Source: Octopus sinensis
Lineage: Eukaryota
Assembly: GCF_006345805.1 (NCBI RefSeq)
Contig: NC_043026.1
Span: 11,945,579-12,009,578 of the forward strand
Direction of reading: 5' to 3'
Length of the DNA stretch: 64,000 nt
The translations under genes were made by a program, and so were the position numbers. Under the pieces are notes generated by a model. That model saw only the letters and a list, made by a program, of their open reading frames with translations, was not told where the DNA came from and did no database searches. The stretch's first letter is position 1. Every line of letters begins with the position of its first letter. Shown here piece after piece: positions 13,339 to 26,304 of the stretch.

Positions 13339-13735
13339 CAGGAGTGGCTGTGTGGTAAGTAGCTTGTTAACCATTCACATGGTTCCGGGTTCAGTCCCAC
13401 TGCGTGACACCTTGGGCAAGTGTCTTCTGCTATAGCCCCGGGCCGACCAATGCCTTGTGAGTGGATTTAGTAGACGGAAACTGAAAGAAGCCTGTCGTAT
13501 ATATATGTATATATATATGCGTGTGTGTATGTGTTTGTGTTTGTCCCCCTAGCATTGCTTGACAACCGATGCTGGTGTGTTTACGTCCCCGTTACTTAGC
13601 GGTTCGAAAAAGAGACCGATAGAATAAGTACTGGGCTTACAAAGAATAAGTCCCGGTGTCGATTTGCTCGACTAAAGGCGGTGCTCCAGCATGGCCGCAG
13701 TCAAATGACTGAAACAAGTAAAAGAGTAAAGAGAG
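13339..13735 (+). mobile_element. SINE family A, full length
   Basis: Same consensus. Confidence 0.85.
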
Positions 13736-14169
13736 TAGGCATTGCACGATAACAACATTGATTAAGCTTCGTGCAATGGCCATACTCAATAACGAAGGGG
13801 CAGCCATCATATATGTATGTATGTATGTTTGTTTGTATGTCCTTTTTTTCATCATTTACTTGTTTCAGTCATTAGACTGTGGCCATGCTGGGGCACCTCC
13901 TTGAAGAATTTTTAGTCAAATAAATTGACCCCAGTACTAATTTTTTGAAGGCTGGTACTTATTCTATCAATCTTTTTTCTTTTTTTTTTGCTGAATTACT
14001 ATTTACAGGGACATAAACACACCAACACCAGTTATCAAGCAGTGGCTGGGGAAAGACACAAACACATACACATATATGTTTAAATACATACATAGGCACA
14101 GACATGGCTGTGTGGTAAGAAACTTGCTTACCACACTTTCATTGCTGATACCTATTTCTTTACTACCCA

Positions 14170-14570
14170 CAAGGGGCTAAACACAGAGGGGACAAACAAG
14201 GACAGACAAACAGATTAAGTCGATTATATCGACCCCAGTGCGTAACTGGTTCTTTATTTATCGACCCAGAAAGGATGAAAGGCAAAGTCGACCTCGGCGG
14301 AATTTGAACTCAGAACATAACGACAGACGAAATACCTATTTCTTTACTACCCACAAGGGGCTAAACACAGAGGGGACAAACAAGGACAGACAAACGGATT
14401 AAGTCGATTACATCGACCCCAGTGCGTAATTGGTACTTAATTTATCGACCCCGAAAGGATGAAAGGCAAAGTCGACCTCGGCGGAATTTGAACTCGGAAC
14501 ATAACGACAGACAAAATACCGCTAAGCATTTCGCCCGGCGTGCTAACGTGTCTGCAAGGTCGCCACCTGG
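14170..14570 (-). mobile_element. SINE family B, dimer
   Basis: One head, two bodies. Confidence 0.85.
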
Positions 14571-14759
14571 TATCACGAGATACCAGACGACTAACTTCTG
14601 TCTGGTATCTGGCAGTCACTGATACCTGTAGGAAAGTGTGTCAATAGCCAGCTGGAGGAGGTGTCCTCCTGGGGCTACAAGCTACAGTAGCATCCGCCCT
14701 TGAAGGTTAGCCACATTTAAGTGGCAAATATACTTCATTATATTAATTACCTTAAAATA

Positions 14760-16976
14760 AAATTGCCGTTGCCAGTCTCGCCTGGCCCCGTGCTGGTGGC
14801 ACATAAAAAGCACCGTTCGATCGTGGCCGTTTGCCAGCCTCGTCTGGCACCTGTGCAGGTGGCACGTAAAAAGCACCGTCCGATCGTGGCCGTTTGCCAG
14901 CCTCCCCTAGCACCTGTGCAGGTGGCACGTAAAAAGCACCGTCCGATCGTGGCCGTTTGCCAGCCTCCTCTGGCACCTGTGCAGGTGGCACGTAAAAAGC
15001 ACCCACTACACTCACGGAGTGGTTGGCGTTAGGAAGGGCATCCAGCTGTAGAAACACTGCCAGATCAGACTGGAGCCTGGCGCAGCCTTCTGGCTTCCCA
15101 GATGCCCGGTCGAACCGTCCAACCCAACGATGATGATGATGATGATGATGATGAAATAAAACAAATTTCTCATTTATGCATTTATTTATTCATTTGCATT
15201 TACTCAGGAGATAAACTTCATTTTTTTGTCTTTTTCACTTCTGTAGGATTTAACCCTTTAGGGTTCGCATTATTCTGCCAAAATTAATCCTTTTTCATCC
15301 ACTTCGTTTTGATCTAATCATGCATTAATCTTGTAGCTATGAGATTTTGATGAGGTAGCTGTTAATTTTTAAAACGATATTGTAGGGTTGGTGTGAGAGA
15401 CCAGATCTGGTCAGTTTGACCATAAAACAGGCAGAATACCCTTGGCCGGATATGGTCAGTTTAAATGCTAAAGGGTTAAATTAACAGATCACCATAATTT
15501 TTTTCAAAACAACCACCAATATCTTGTATGCGTGTGAGAGAAAGAGAAAAGGACCATAATGCAAAACCAACACAGAGAGTAATATTTTCAATTTTTTTTA
15601 TTTTACTTTTGGATTATAAACTATGAAATAAAGTAAACATGTATTTTCCCCCAATAATGTACACACACTATATTTCGATTTTTTTAAACCGTTAGTCTCT
15701 CACGAACACAAACCCACATCTTGCATTTTGTGTTGTTGCCAGTGCCGCTGGACTGGCTCCTGTGCAGGTGGCACATAAAAAGCACCATTTGAGCGTGATC
15801 GTTGCCAGTGCTGCTGGACTGGCTCCTGTGCAGGTGGCACATAAAAAGCACCATTTGAGCGTGGTCGTTGCCAGTGCCGCTGGACTGGCTCCTGTGCTGG
15901 TGGCACATAAAAAGCACCATTTGAGCGTGATCGTTGCCAGTGCCGCCTGACTGGCCCTTGTGCTGGTGGCACGTAAAAGCACCCACTACACTCTCGGAGT
16001 TGTTGGCGTTAGGAAGGGCATCCAGCTGTAGAAACTCTGCCAGACAGTTTGGTTACCCAGTCATCAACTGCATCTGTCCTCATCCCCAGCTGTTTTGACC
16101 AGGTCTTGTCACTGGATTGAAACTAGTCATGGATGAGAGAGTGAGGTTGACAAAGTCACCACGCAAGCCATCAGTCATCTTTAGATGACTAAGTGGACCT
16201 TATCACCCTTAGAGATGAACATGGCACATAATGTCAATTCTGAAGGAATGCTTTTATGAAAAATATCACAGTGCTAAGTTACCACACAGATATAGATATT
16301 ATTGTGACACTCTCGGAGTGGTTGGCGTTAGGAAGGGCATCCAGCTGTAGAAACTCTGCCAAATCAAGATTGGAGCCTGATGCAGCCATCTGGTTAGGCA
16401 GCCCTCAGTCAAAATCGTCCAACCCATGCTAGCATGGAAAGCGGATGTTAAACGATGATGATGATGTGACACTATTAAAATACAATGTTGAAAGATTGTT
16501 AAGCTGTTAAATCTTTGCAGTGTCAGTACATCTATGGATATACAAACACAATTTTACATGGAACAAACTTTGGCATATAGCTTTAGAATAGCTACATTAT
16601 ATACGTGCCGGTGATACGTAAAGCACCATCCGTTCGTGGCCGTTTGCCAGCTCTGTCTGGCCTCCATGTCGGTGGCACGTAAAAGCACCATCCGTTCGTG
16701 TCCATTGCCAGCCTCGCCTGGCCCCGTGCCGGTGACACGTAAAAGCACCATCCGTTCGTGGCCGTTTGCCAGCTCTGTCTGGCACCTGTGCGGGTGGCAC
16801 GTAAAAAGCACCCACTACACTCACGGAGCGGTTGGCGTTAGGAAGGGCATCCAGCCGTAGAAACACTGCCAGATCTGACTGGGCCTGACGAAGCCTTCCA
16901 GTTTCACAGACCCCAGTTGAACCGTCCAACCCATGCTAGCATGGAAAGCGGACGCTAAATGATGATGATGATGATA
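14760..16976 (+). mobile_element. Four family E elements
   Basis: Copies at ~14760-15153, 15730-16045, 16310-16470 and 16600-16976 with differing internal repeat counts. Confidence 0.8.
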
Positions 16977-17110
16977 TACTTGCATCTGGTAAGAGGCAAC
17001 TAAATAGTTGCTATCTGGTCAAAAACATGAGTAAAAATAAGATTAACCACAACTTTCACAGGGGAAATAGTCTTAAGACATTTGTTAAGAATGATTGTTG
17101 AAATTGATAG

Positions 17111-18058
17111 TTACACTTCTGTATGAATACACACATGCCTAGTTAAGGTACTTTTTTGAGAGAAAGACTTACCACAGATATCACAATGGTATGGTCTCTC
17201 TCCTGAATGAATACGGACGTGTTTAATTAAAACACCATTTTCAGAGAATGATTTATCACAGATATAACAGTGATATGGTTTCTCTCCTGTATGAATACGT
17301 TTGTGTATAGTTAAGTTAATACTTTGAGAGAATGATTTACTACAAATATCACACTGGTATGGCTTCTCTCCAGTATGAATACGTTTATGTATAATTAAGT
17401 TACTTCCATAAGAGAATGATTTACCACAGATATCACAATAATAGGGCTTCTCACCTGAATGAATGCGTTTATGTATAGTTAAGTTACTATTTCGAGAGAA
17501 TGATTTACCACAGATATCACAGTGAAATGGTTTTTCTCCTGTATGAGTAAGTTTGTGTTTAGTCAAGATATCATTTATGGAAAATGATTTACCGCAGATA
17601 TCACAGTGATATGGCTTTTCTCCTGTATGAACACGTTTGTGTGTAGTTAATTTACTTCTCTCTGAGAATGATTTACCGCAGGTATCACAGTGATATAGCT
17701 TCTCTCCAGTATGAACACGTTTATGTTTAGTTAAGTCACCATTGTCAGAGAATGATTTACCACAGATATCACAGTGATACGGCTTCTCTCCTGTATGAAT
17801 GCGTGTATGTCTAGTTAAGCTACTACTTTGAGAGAATGACACACCACAGATATCACAGCGATACTGTTTCTCCCCTGTATGAATACGTTTGTGAGTAGTT
17901 AATATACTGCTTTGAGAGAATGCTTTACCACAGATATCACAGTGGTATGGCTTCTCTCCTGTATGAGTACGCTTGTGTTTTGTTAGGTTACCTTTCAGAG
18001 AGAACAACTTGTTACAAATGTCACAACGGTATGATGATATTTTTATCTCTTTAGGCAT
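17111..18058 (-). CDS. C2H2 zinc-finger protein, 11 tandem fingers
   Basis: ORF open to 18085, but first ATG at 18058 (MPKEIK), directly after a TTTTCCAG acceptor-like site; 11 canonical fingers. Confidence 0.93.
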   Translation of the reverse strand: MPKEIKISSYRCDICNKLFSLKGNLTKHKRTHTGEKPYHCDICGKAFSQSSILTTHKRIHTGEKQYRCDICGVSFSQSSSLTRHTRIHTGEKPYHCDICGKSFSDNGDLTKHKRVHTGEKLYHCDTCGKSFSERSKLTTHKRVHTGEKPYHCDICGKSFSINDILTKHKLTHTGEKPFHCDICGKSFSRNSNLTIHKRIHSGEKPYYCDICGKSFSYGSNLIIHKRIHTGEKPYQCDICSKSFSQSINLTIHKRIHTGEKPYHCYICDKSFSENGVLIKHVRIHSGERPYHCDICGKSFSQKSTLTRHVCIHTEV

Positions 18059-18218
18059 GTCTTCTGGAAAAATAAACCTTCCCAATAAATACTGCTACAA
18101 TTCCATCAACTGTGATCTTTGTTGAAATTTGTGGATAAGCAAAATTCTTAGGAAATTTGTCCAAGGTTAATTAGCATTTAACACTTCAGCATTCAGAGTC
18201 ATTTGTAAAATGTATTGC

Positions 18219-18937
18219 TTAACCCTTTCATTACCAACCTGGCTGAAACCGGCCCTGGCTCTGAGTACAAATGTCTTGTTTTCATAAGTTTTGAATTAAA
18301 ATCTTCCACCAAACCTTAGTTACAATGTTCCTAATACTAGCTGAATGATAACGAAGTTATTTTACTAAATTCTTTGTTATATTTTAAATTAATTGAAAGA
18401 AACACAGAGCATCTCAACAGAAGTATGGTAACAAGAGGGTTAAAATATATAATAGAGAAACAATTCTTAACCCTTTCGATACCAACCTGGTTGAAACCAC
18501 CTCTGGCTCTGAGTACAAATGTCTTGTTTTCATAAGTTTTGTATCAAAATCTTCCCCCAAACCTTAGTCACAATTTATGTTGCTAACACTAGCTTAATGA
18601 TAACTAAGTTATTTTACTAAATTCTTTGTTATATTTTAAATTAATTGAAAGAAACACAGAGCATCTCAACAGAAGTATGGTAACAAGAGGGTTAAAATAT
18701 ATAATAGAGAAACAATTCTTAACCCTTTTGATACCAACCCGGCTCTGGCTCTTTAGTACAAATGTCTTGTTTTCATAAGTTTTGCATCAAAATATACCAC
18801 CAAACCTTAGTCACAATTTATGTTCCTAATACTAGCTGAATGATAACTAAGATATTTTACTAAATTCTTTGTAATATTTAAAGTAATTGAAAGAAACACA
18901 GAGCATCTGAAAATAAATACAGTAATGAAAGGGTTAA
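18219..18937. mobile_element. piggyBac-like MITE trimer (family 2) nested in a family 1 MITE
   Basis: Three TTAA-CCCT...AGGG-TTAA units separated by an identical 23-bp spacer. Confidence 0.85.
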
Positions 18938-19407
18938 GTATTCACAGTTTTGAATTAATCCGTTATTTTGTGGCTTCACGATTTCAATGGTGTGTTTGTA
19001 TATTTTTAGAATGACACTGGGTGAAGTTATATCCGGTCAGTTTTAGCCAAAAACAGGTAGAATATTTGGGCTGGATATAGTTGGATTAAATGCTAAACGG
19101 TTAGATTCATCTTTTTCTTGAAGGTGAAGCAGAGAAATGTCGTCCATAATCTCAGTTTGAAAGTAATATTTCCCTGTAATTAACCAGTGTCATATAATCA
19201 AGTTATGAACCTGTTCCGCAAAACATCCTCCTTCAGTCTCTCAAAGACGGTAAACATTGATGATAAAGCTCATGCAAACACTTCATTTATGCCAATGCCT
19301 TTTGGTATTCTGAAATAAAGAAACAGAAAAAGATGCAGAGTTTATGTATACATATACACACATGTATATTGGTGTATGTATGTATGTGTGTGTGTGTGTG
19401 TATGTAT

Positions 19408-19795
19408 CTCTTTTACTTGTTTCAGTCATGTGACTGCGGCCATGCTGGAGCACCGCCTTTAATCGAGCAACTCGACCGCCGGGACTTATTCTTTTTGTAA
19501 GCCCACTACTTATCCTATCGGTCTCTTTTGCCGAACCGCTAAGTGACGGGGACACAAACACACCAGCATCGGTTGTCAAGCAATGCTAGGGGGACAAACA
19601 CACACACGCATATATATATATATATATATATACGACAGGCTTCTTTCAGTTTCCGTCTACCAAATCCACTCACAAGGCTTTGGTCGGCCCGAGGCTATAG
19701 TAGAAGACACTTGCCCAAGGTGCCACGCAGTGGGACTGAACCCGGAACCATGTGGTTGGTAAGCAAGCTACCTACCACACAGCCACTCCTGCGCC
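19408..19795 (-). mobile_element. SINE family A, full length
   Basis: Same consensus, reverse orientation. Confidence 0.85.
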
Positions 19796-20520
19796 TATAT
19801 ATATATATATATATGCATACATATTTCTTGACTTGCAAGAAATAGTAGCCAAATCAACCTCAAATCACACTCTATCGTTTTCGAAACAGTCCCTGACACA
19901 CAAGATGTCATGTCTGGAATGTCGCTTGGCTAGGGTTAACCAACAACGTCCACAATTTGATTTCAAGAAATAAATATTTTGTCAGGCGTGGCTGTGTAGT
20001 AAGAAGCTTGCTTCTCAACCACATGGTTCTGGGTTCAGTCCCACTGCATGGCACCTTCGGCAAGTGTGTTCTGCTATAGCCTCGGGCCGACCAATGCCTT
20101 GTGAGTGGATTTGATAAGCAGAAAACTGAAAGAAGCCTGTTGTGTGTGTTTTGTTTTCCCCACCATCGCATGTCAATTGGTGCTGGTGTGTTTACATCAT
20201 CATCATCGTTTAACGTCCGTTCTCCATGCTGGCATGGGTTGGACGGTTCGACCGAGGATCTGGGAAGCCAGAAGGCTGCACCAGGCTCCAGTCTTATCTG
20301 GCAATGTTTCTACAGCTGGATGCCCTTCCTAACGCCAACCACTCCGTGAGTGTAGTGGGTGCTTTTTGTGTGCATGTAAAATAGTTGTTCGGTGAAGAGA
20401 TCGATAGAATAAGTAGTAGGCTTACAAAGAATAAGTCTCGGGGTGGATTTCTAGGACTAAAAACCCTCTAAGGCGATTCTGCAGCACGGCCGTAGTCCAA
20501 TGGCTGAAATACGTAAAAAA

Positions 20521-20896
20521 AATAACAAAAGCACTCAGAGAGCGCAAACCTTCGCCAAAGCAACACCAACGTCTTTTCAATGATTAACCAGAGATGATTT
20601 TTAAAATGAGAATATCTGAAATAAACTCGACTGCTCCCACAAACAAGAATACTAAAAATTAACCCGACCGCTCTCAAAAATTAAGTAGAAAAAAAAAAAC
20701 AGGAAAAATAATCCAGAATCCTTGTCCGGTACCGGATCGATCCCAAAATCTAATCAGTTCTTGTCAGTCACGGGGACAAACATTCCTGAAAGTTTCATCC
20801 GAATCCATCCAGCGGTTCTTGATATATTTTGTCCAAGGACAAACAAATACGACTGAAAACAACACCACCGTGTTCGCTAAGGTGGAGGTAGTAATA
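20521..20896 (+). mobile_element. Helentron/DINE-1-like non-autonomous element
   Basis: Subterminal inverted repeats CCTTCGCCAAAG / CTAAGGTGGAGG; typical AATCCATCCAGCGGTTC...ACAAACAAA...GGAGGTAGTAAT end. Confidence 0.5.
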
Positions 20897-21126
20897 TAAA
20901 CTAAAAGAAATTTATGCGCTTTGTAGAGAAGGAATATTATAATGGAATAATGTTTTTCAATCGATCTTAATGTGGGAGGTGTGAACATGTCTGTGGAAGA
21001 AGAGTTGATTAAATGAGAAAGTAAAATAACAAAACTCTCCCTCCCACCACGCACACGCAATAATAATAATAATTAATTCGTTTATTGGCCACAAGGGCTG
21101 ACAAAAATCAATTAAATCGCCAAACA

Positions 21127-23305
21127 GGCAATCTTTCGTCTCTAGTAGACCTTTCCGTCGATTTCCGTAAAAATTTTTTTTTTTTACGTATGGGCTTGCG
21201 GGAACTTTTGAAGTAATGAGAGCGAAAGAGACGGTTAATATAGGGCGTAACAAATATCAGAAATCAAAAAAAAAATGTGTGTAATAGGTGTAAAACAACT
21301 TCCTATGAACGAATATGAAAAAAAAATTCGCGCACGCGAAAGGGGGGTGGGGGAGAGGCCTCGGAAAATTCACATCGGGAAGTTCCGAAAGCGTCTGAGG
21401 AGCTGACCCGGGCACCAAAAAAAAAAAAAAATAGTGTAATATGTGTAAAACAACTTGCTCTAAACGAATATGAAAAAAAAATGCGCTCTCGCGAAAGAGG
21501 GGTGGGGGAGAGGCCTCGGAATTTATATCGGGAATTTCCGAAAGCGTCTGAACCGGGCACAAAAACAAAAACAAAAACAGCTTGCTCTAAACGACTATCA
21601 TGAAAAAAATGCGCGCTCGCGAAAGGGGGGTGGGGGAGAGGCTTCGGAAATTTCACATCTTCAGTCCACGGCCTTTAAACTAAGAAAAAATAGTGTAATT
21701 GGTGTAAAACTACTTGTTCTAAACGAGTATCAAGAACACACACTCACACATGAATCATAAACTCCGTATTTCGCAAAAAAAATAATAAAGAGAAGAAATT
21801 CTGGAAAAAGTGAAGAAATGTTGGATCTCCGCCATGTGAATCAAAATACGTGTCAGAAACATCTTGAAATACTACAGAAATTATGTTACGAAAATGATAA
21901 TGTATACATACCTCTTTGAGTGGTCCATCGATAATGATGATAAAGAAATGAGTTGGATTTGAACTCAGAATATTGACTAACACAACTACATACTACAAGA
22001 CTCAAAATATTCAGCCAAGTCACCACCCTTTAACTAGCAATAATAATAACATCAATAACATAACAGCCAAAAGATTTATTTGTTCTGAAAATAACAATCA
22101 TAGTAAATAAATATGTTCTTTAATATTCACATTCATGTGCACTGCAAATTATAAAGATAATTAATTGCTTTACTAAACAGTGTTGTAAAGGTGAAAGAAT
22201 AAATTTGGGAAAAAAATACACGCCAAAACTAATTAATAAAGGATAATTAGGGAAGGATTGACACAAAATAATAATTTTTTCTGTCTCTTTTTTTCTGATA
22301 AATGCATCTTAATAAGTGAAAAGAATTGCATATATCTGAACTATTTCAAAGAAAAGCATAAATTTAATGTTTAAAATAGCTTTAACCAAGGAATGAGATC
22401 CAACATTTCTTCACTTTTTCCAGAATTTCTTCTCTTTATTATTTTTTTTTGCGAAATACGGAGTTTATGATTCATGTGTGAGTGTGTGTTCTTGATACTC
22501 GTTTAGAACAAGTAGTTTTACACCAATTACACTATTTTTCTTAGTTTAAAGGCCGTGGACTGAAGATGTGAAATTTCCGAAGCCTCCCCCACCCCCTTTC
22601 GCGAGCGCGCATTTTTTTCATGATAGTCGTTTAGAGCAAGTTGTTTTACACCTATTACGCTGTTTTTGTTTTTGTTTTTGTGCCCGGTTCAGACGCTTTC
22701 GGAAATTCCCGATATAAATATTCCGAGGCCTCTCCCCACCCCTCTTTCGCGAGAGCGCATTTTTTTTTGTCATATTCGTTTAGAGCAAGTTGTTTTACAC
22801 ATATTACACTATTTTTTTTTTGTTTTGGTGCCCGGGTCAGCTCCTCAGACGCTTTCGGAACTTCCCGATGTGAATTTTCCGAGGCCTCTCCCCCACCCCC
22901 CTTTCGCGTGCGCGAATTTTTTTTTTCATATTCGTTCATAGGAAGTTGTTTTACACCTATTACACACATTTTTTTTTTGATTTTCTGATATTTGTTACGC
23001 CCTATATGACGAGGGAAGTTCTTTTGAAGTTACCGTGCATGTGAAGCATTGATGTACATGTGTGTGTGTGTGTGTGTTTGATGGGGTGTGGGAGACAGAC
23101 AGTATGTTGTGTAAGTGAAGTGCTTCTGTTAGTGTGTGTGAAGAGACAGAGTAATGTGTGAAAGAAAGAGATAACTGAAATTTTTTACTCGGTGTATGTG
23201 TATATGTATGTATATTACTTCAAAAGTTCCCGCAAGCCCATATGTAAAAAAAAAATTTTTTTTACGGAAATCGACGGAAAGGTCTACTAGAGACGAAAGA
23301 TCGCC
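21127..23305. mobile_element. Same MITE family, interrupted by a 1.77-kb foldback element
   Basis: MITE TIRs at 21127 and 23305; host sequence resumes at 23008. Confidence 0.8.
21238..23007. mobile_element. Foldback-like element with ~600-bp modular TIRs
   Basis: Arms 21238-21829 and 22395-23007 are near-perfect inverted copies with internal subrepeats; probable TA target. Confidence 0.8.
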
Positions 23306-23419
23306 ATTTAAACATAAAGGGACAAAACGCAGGGCGAAAGTTACAAAGGGGGTTTTGTCCGTTTGAAAAAAAGTCCGTGTACAAAAGCAGGATGACAACG
23401 AAATATAAGTAACAATGAT

Positions 23420-23680
23420 AATAATAATACCTCGAATATATATGGACGTTGGTTAGTGAACAAAGATGATTTATGAGAGTCGCTTCGGTTTCTGATGTTA
23501 TTTCCGGAAGAACAAGACGGAAGTTAATTCATAACATTTTCATTCGACAGCTTTGGTCAGATGATAAAACACGAAGCGAAGTCGTCGTGGGTCGGGAACC
23601 GGCGGACGTATGTGTAACGCTCTGCAGAAAATAATTCCACTACTACCACCTTCCTCGCTACACGCACATGCATTTTATAT
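23420..23680 (-). promoter_or_regulatory. Putative promoter/first exon of the 17-kb gene
   Basis: Unique, locally CpG-rich sequence with ETS-like CCGGAAG/CGGAAGT and a minus-strand GAG|GTATTA donor at ~23430. Confidence 0.3.
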
Positions 23681-23740
23681 AGAGATGATCAAAACTTCTA
23701 AATTTAGTTAGGCATACGAATAGTTCATCATTAATATTTT

Positions 23741-24179
23741 GGCGATCTTTCGTCTCTAGTAGACCTTTCCGTCGATTTCCGTAAAAATTTTTTTTTTTTT
23801 ACATATGGGCTTGCGGGAACTTTTGAAGTAATATACGTACATATACACATACACCGAGTAAAAAAATTCAGTTATCTCTTTCTTTCACACATTACTCTCT
23901 GTCTCTTCACACACACTAACAGAAGCACTGGTGAAGAAGCACTTCACTTACACAACATACTGTCTGTCTCCCACACCCCATCAAACACACACACACACAC
24001 ACATGTACATCAATGCTTCACATGCACGGTAACTTCAAAAGAACTTCCCTCGTCATACAATCGCTTTCTCTTAGTGTCTTTCGTTCTCATTACTTCAAAA
24101 GTTCCCGCAAGCCCATATGTAAAAAAAAAATTTTTTTACGGAAATCGACGAAAAGGTCTACTAGAGACGAAAGATTGCC
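23741..24179. mobile_element. MITE with ~90-bp TIRs and 9-bp TSD (Merlin- or Mutator-like)
   Basis: TIR GGC(G/A)ATCTTTCGTCTCTAGTAGACC...; TAATATTTT duplicated at 23732-23740 and 24180-24188. Confidence 0.85.
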
Positions 24180-24245
24180 TAATATTTTACTTGTTTCAGT
24201 CATTAGATTGCTGCCATGAAGATATATAATGGCAAAATTGTCACC

Positions 24246-25060
24246 GGGATCTTTTCGGTTTGAACGGCAGTTTTTTAAAATAATTTCCACGTAACTAAAC
24301 ACTTTTAAACCTCGTATACTGGTAGAATGTGTTTATAAAACATCTTTTTCGCTTGGCTTTCTTGAGAAAATTCTATAGTTTGTAAGATATTTGTTGTTTT
24401 TTCTGCAATTTCAACCAATCAATGACGTCTATTGAGGTGAAAACATTCTGTGCCGTATGAATATGTCCCTCGTTTAAGAAACAGATTGGGTTTATTTACA
24501 TTTCTGAAGAAAAAAAAGATACCCTTCCCCCTAACCCTAACCCTAAAATAGATTGAAATGCAATAGATCGATACTAGGGTCATAATTATGGGTGACAATT
24601 TCATATGACACCGCTAGAAAAATGGCTAACTTGTCACCGGGATCTTTTCGGTTTGAACAGCAGTTTTTAAAAATAATTTCCACGTAACGAAACACTTTTA
24701 AACTTCGTATACTGGTAGAATGTGTTTATAAAACATCTTTTTCTCTTGGCTTTCTTGAGAAAATTCTATAGTTTGTAAGATATTTGTTGTTTTTTTCTTC
24801 TTCAGTTTCTGCAATTTCAACCAATCAATGACGTCTATTGAGGTGAAAACATTCTGTGCTGTATGAATATGTCCCTCGTTTAAGAAACAGATTGGGTTTA
24901 TTTACGTTTCTGAAGAAAAAAAGATACCCCCCCACACACACTCAAAACCCTAACCCTAAAACAGATTGAAATGCAATAGATTGATACTAGGGTCATAATT
25001 ATGGGTGACAATTTCATATGACACCGCTACAAAAACTGCCGTTCAAACCGAAAAGATCCC
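24246..25060. mobile_element. GGGATCTTTTC-terminated MITE, tandemly duplicated (period 393 bp)
   Basis: TIR GGGATCTTTTCGGTTTGAACGGCAG; contains (CCCTAA)3 at 24529-24546. Confidence 0.75.
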
Positions 25061-25401
25061 AAAATAATATTATGTAAGATTCTTTATGTGAATTCCTGTG
25101 TTGAAGCATATATTGTTGTCTCTGGGGACAAGTCATTCTCTTTTAGTGCCTTCTTGCTGACTTCATCACTGATATCTGCAGTTTGTCTGTGAATGCACAT
25201 AGAAGAGGCTTTCTAATTATTAGTTTTTGATAACCTTATTCGGTTATTTTTTTCTGTGTCGGTGACACGTAAAAGTACCAACTGATCGTGGCCGTTTGCC
25301 AGCCTCCCCTGGCCCGTAAAAAGCACCCACTACACTCACGAAGTGGTTGGCATTAGGAAGAGCATCCAGCTGTAGAAACGCTGCCAGATCAGACTGGTGC
25401 C

Positions 25402-25628
25402 TGTATTTCCTTACTACCCACAAGGGGCTAAACACAGAGGGGACAGACAAACGGATTAAGTCGATTATATCGACCCCAGTGCGTAACTGGTACTTATTTA
25501 ATCGACCCCGAAAGGATGAAAGGCTAAGTCAACCTCGGCGTAATTTGAACTCAGAACGTAACGGCAGACGAAATACGGCTACGCATTTCGTCCGGCGTGC
25601 TAACGATTCTGCCAGATCGCCGCCTTAC
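25402..25628 (-). mobile_element. SINE family B nested in a family E element
   Basis: Family E halves at 25255-25400 and 25630-25727. Confidence 0.8.
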
Positions 25629-25887
25629 TAGAGCCTGGCGCAGCCTCCTGGCTTCCCAGACCCTGGTCAAACCATCCAACCCATGCTAGCATGGAAAACG
25701 GACGTTAAACGATGATGATGATGATGATTCTAATAAATTGGCCTGTTATGGTCAAATGGTTAACACACAACCGTTAAATTCTTATCCAATCACAAAGAGA
25801 AATAGTGATTATCTTCACATCCATTGTTGTCTTATCATTGCAAAGATTTTTTTATATCCTGTCAGTTTTGCTAAAACAAGAATTTCA

Positions 25888-26112
25888 GATAATGTAAAGT
25901 ATAGAAGCCATCTTATCATGGCTAACCACATTGGGGAGGGGGTTGTTACTGTAGCTTTATAGCCCCAAGAGATCTTCGTCTCTAGCTGGCTCTAAACACG
26001 ATATCTGTAGCCAGCTAGAGACAAAGATCTCTTGGGGCTATAAAGCTACAGTAACAACCCCCTTCCCAATCTGGTTAGCCATGATAAGATGGCTTCTATA
26101 CTTTACATTATC
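25888..26112. repeat. Near-perfect palindrome (104-bp arms, 17-bp spacer)
   Basis: Arms match the right half of the element at 63640-63940. Confidence 0.85.
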
Positions 26113-26304
26113 AAGCGATTACTGTTTCAATCTCGTTCTGAGATTTAATTATGCAAGATTTCAGATTTATTCATAAAATCACAAGTTAAGTCAAAGAGGA
26201 GGAAAAGATTTATTTGCATTATAAAAGTAACAGTATGTTTGTTAACTGAATTTCAATACTGACAAAGTTCCTTTCCTACATGACTTTTCTGGTGATTTAT
26301 TTTA

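Noticed and set aside
24529-24546. (CCCTAA)3 and TTAGGG at 52030 as interstitial telomeres
   Set aside because: Only 2-3 units, and they are integral parts of MITE ends.
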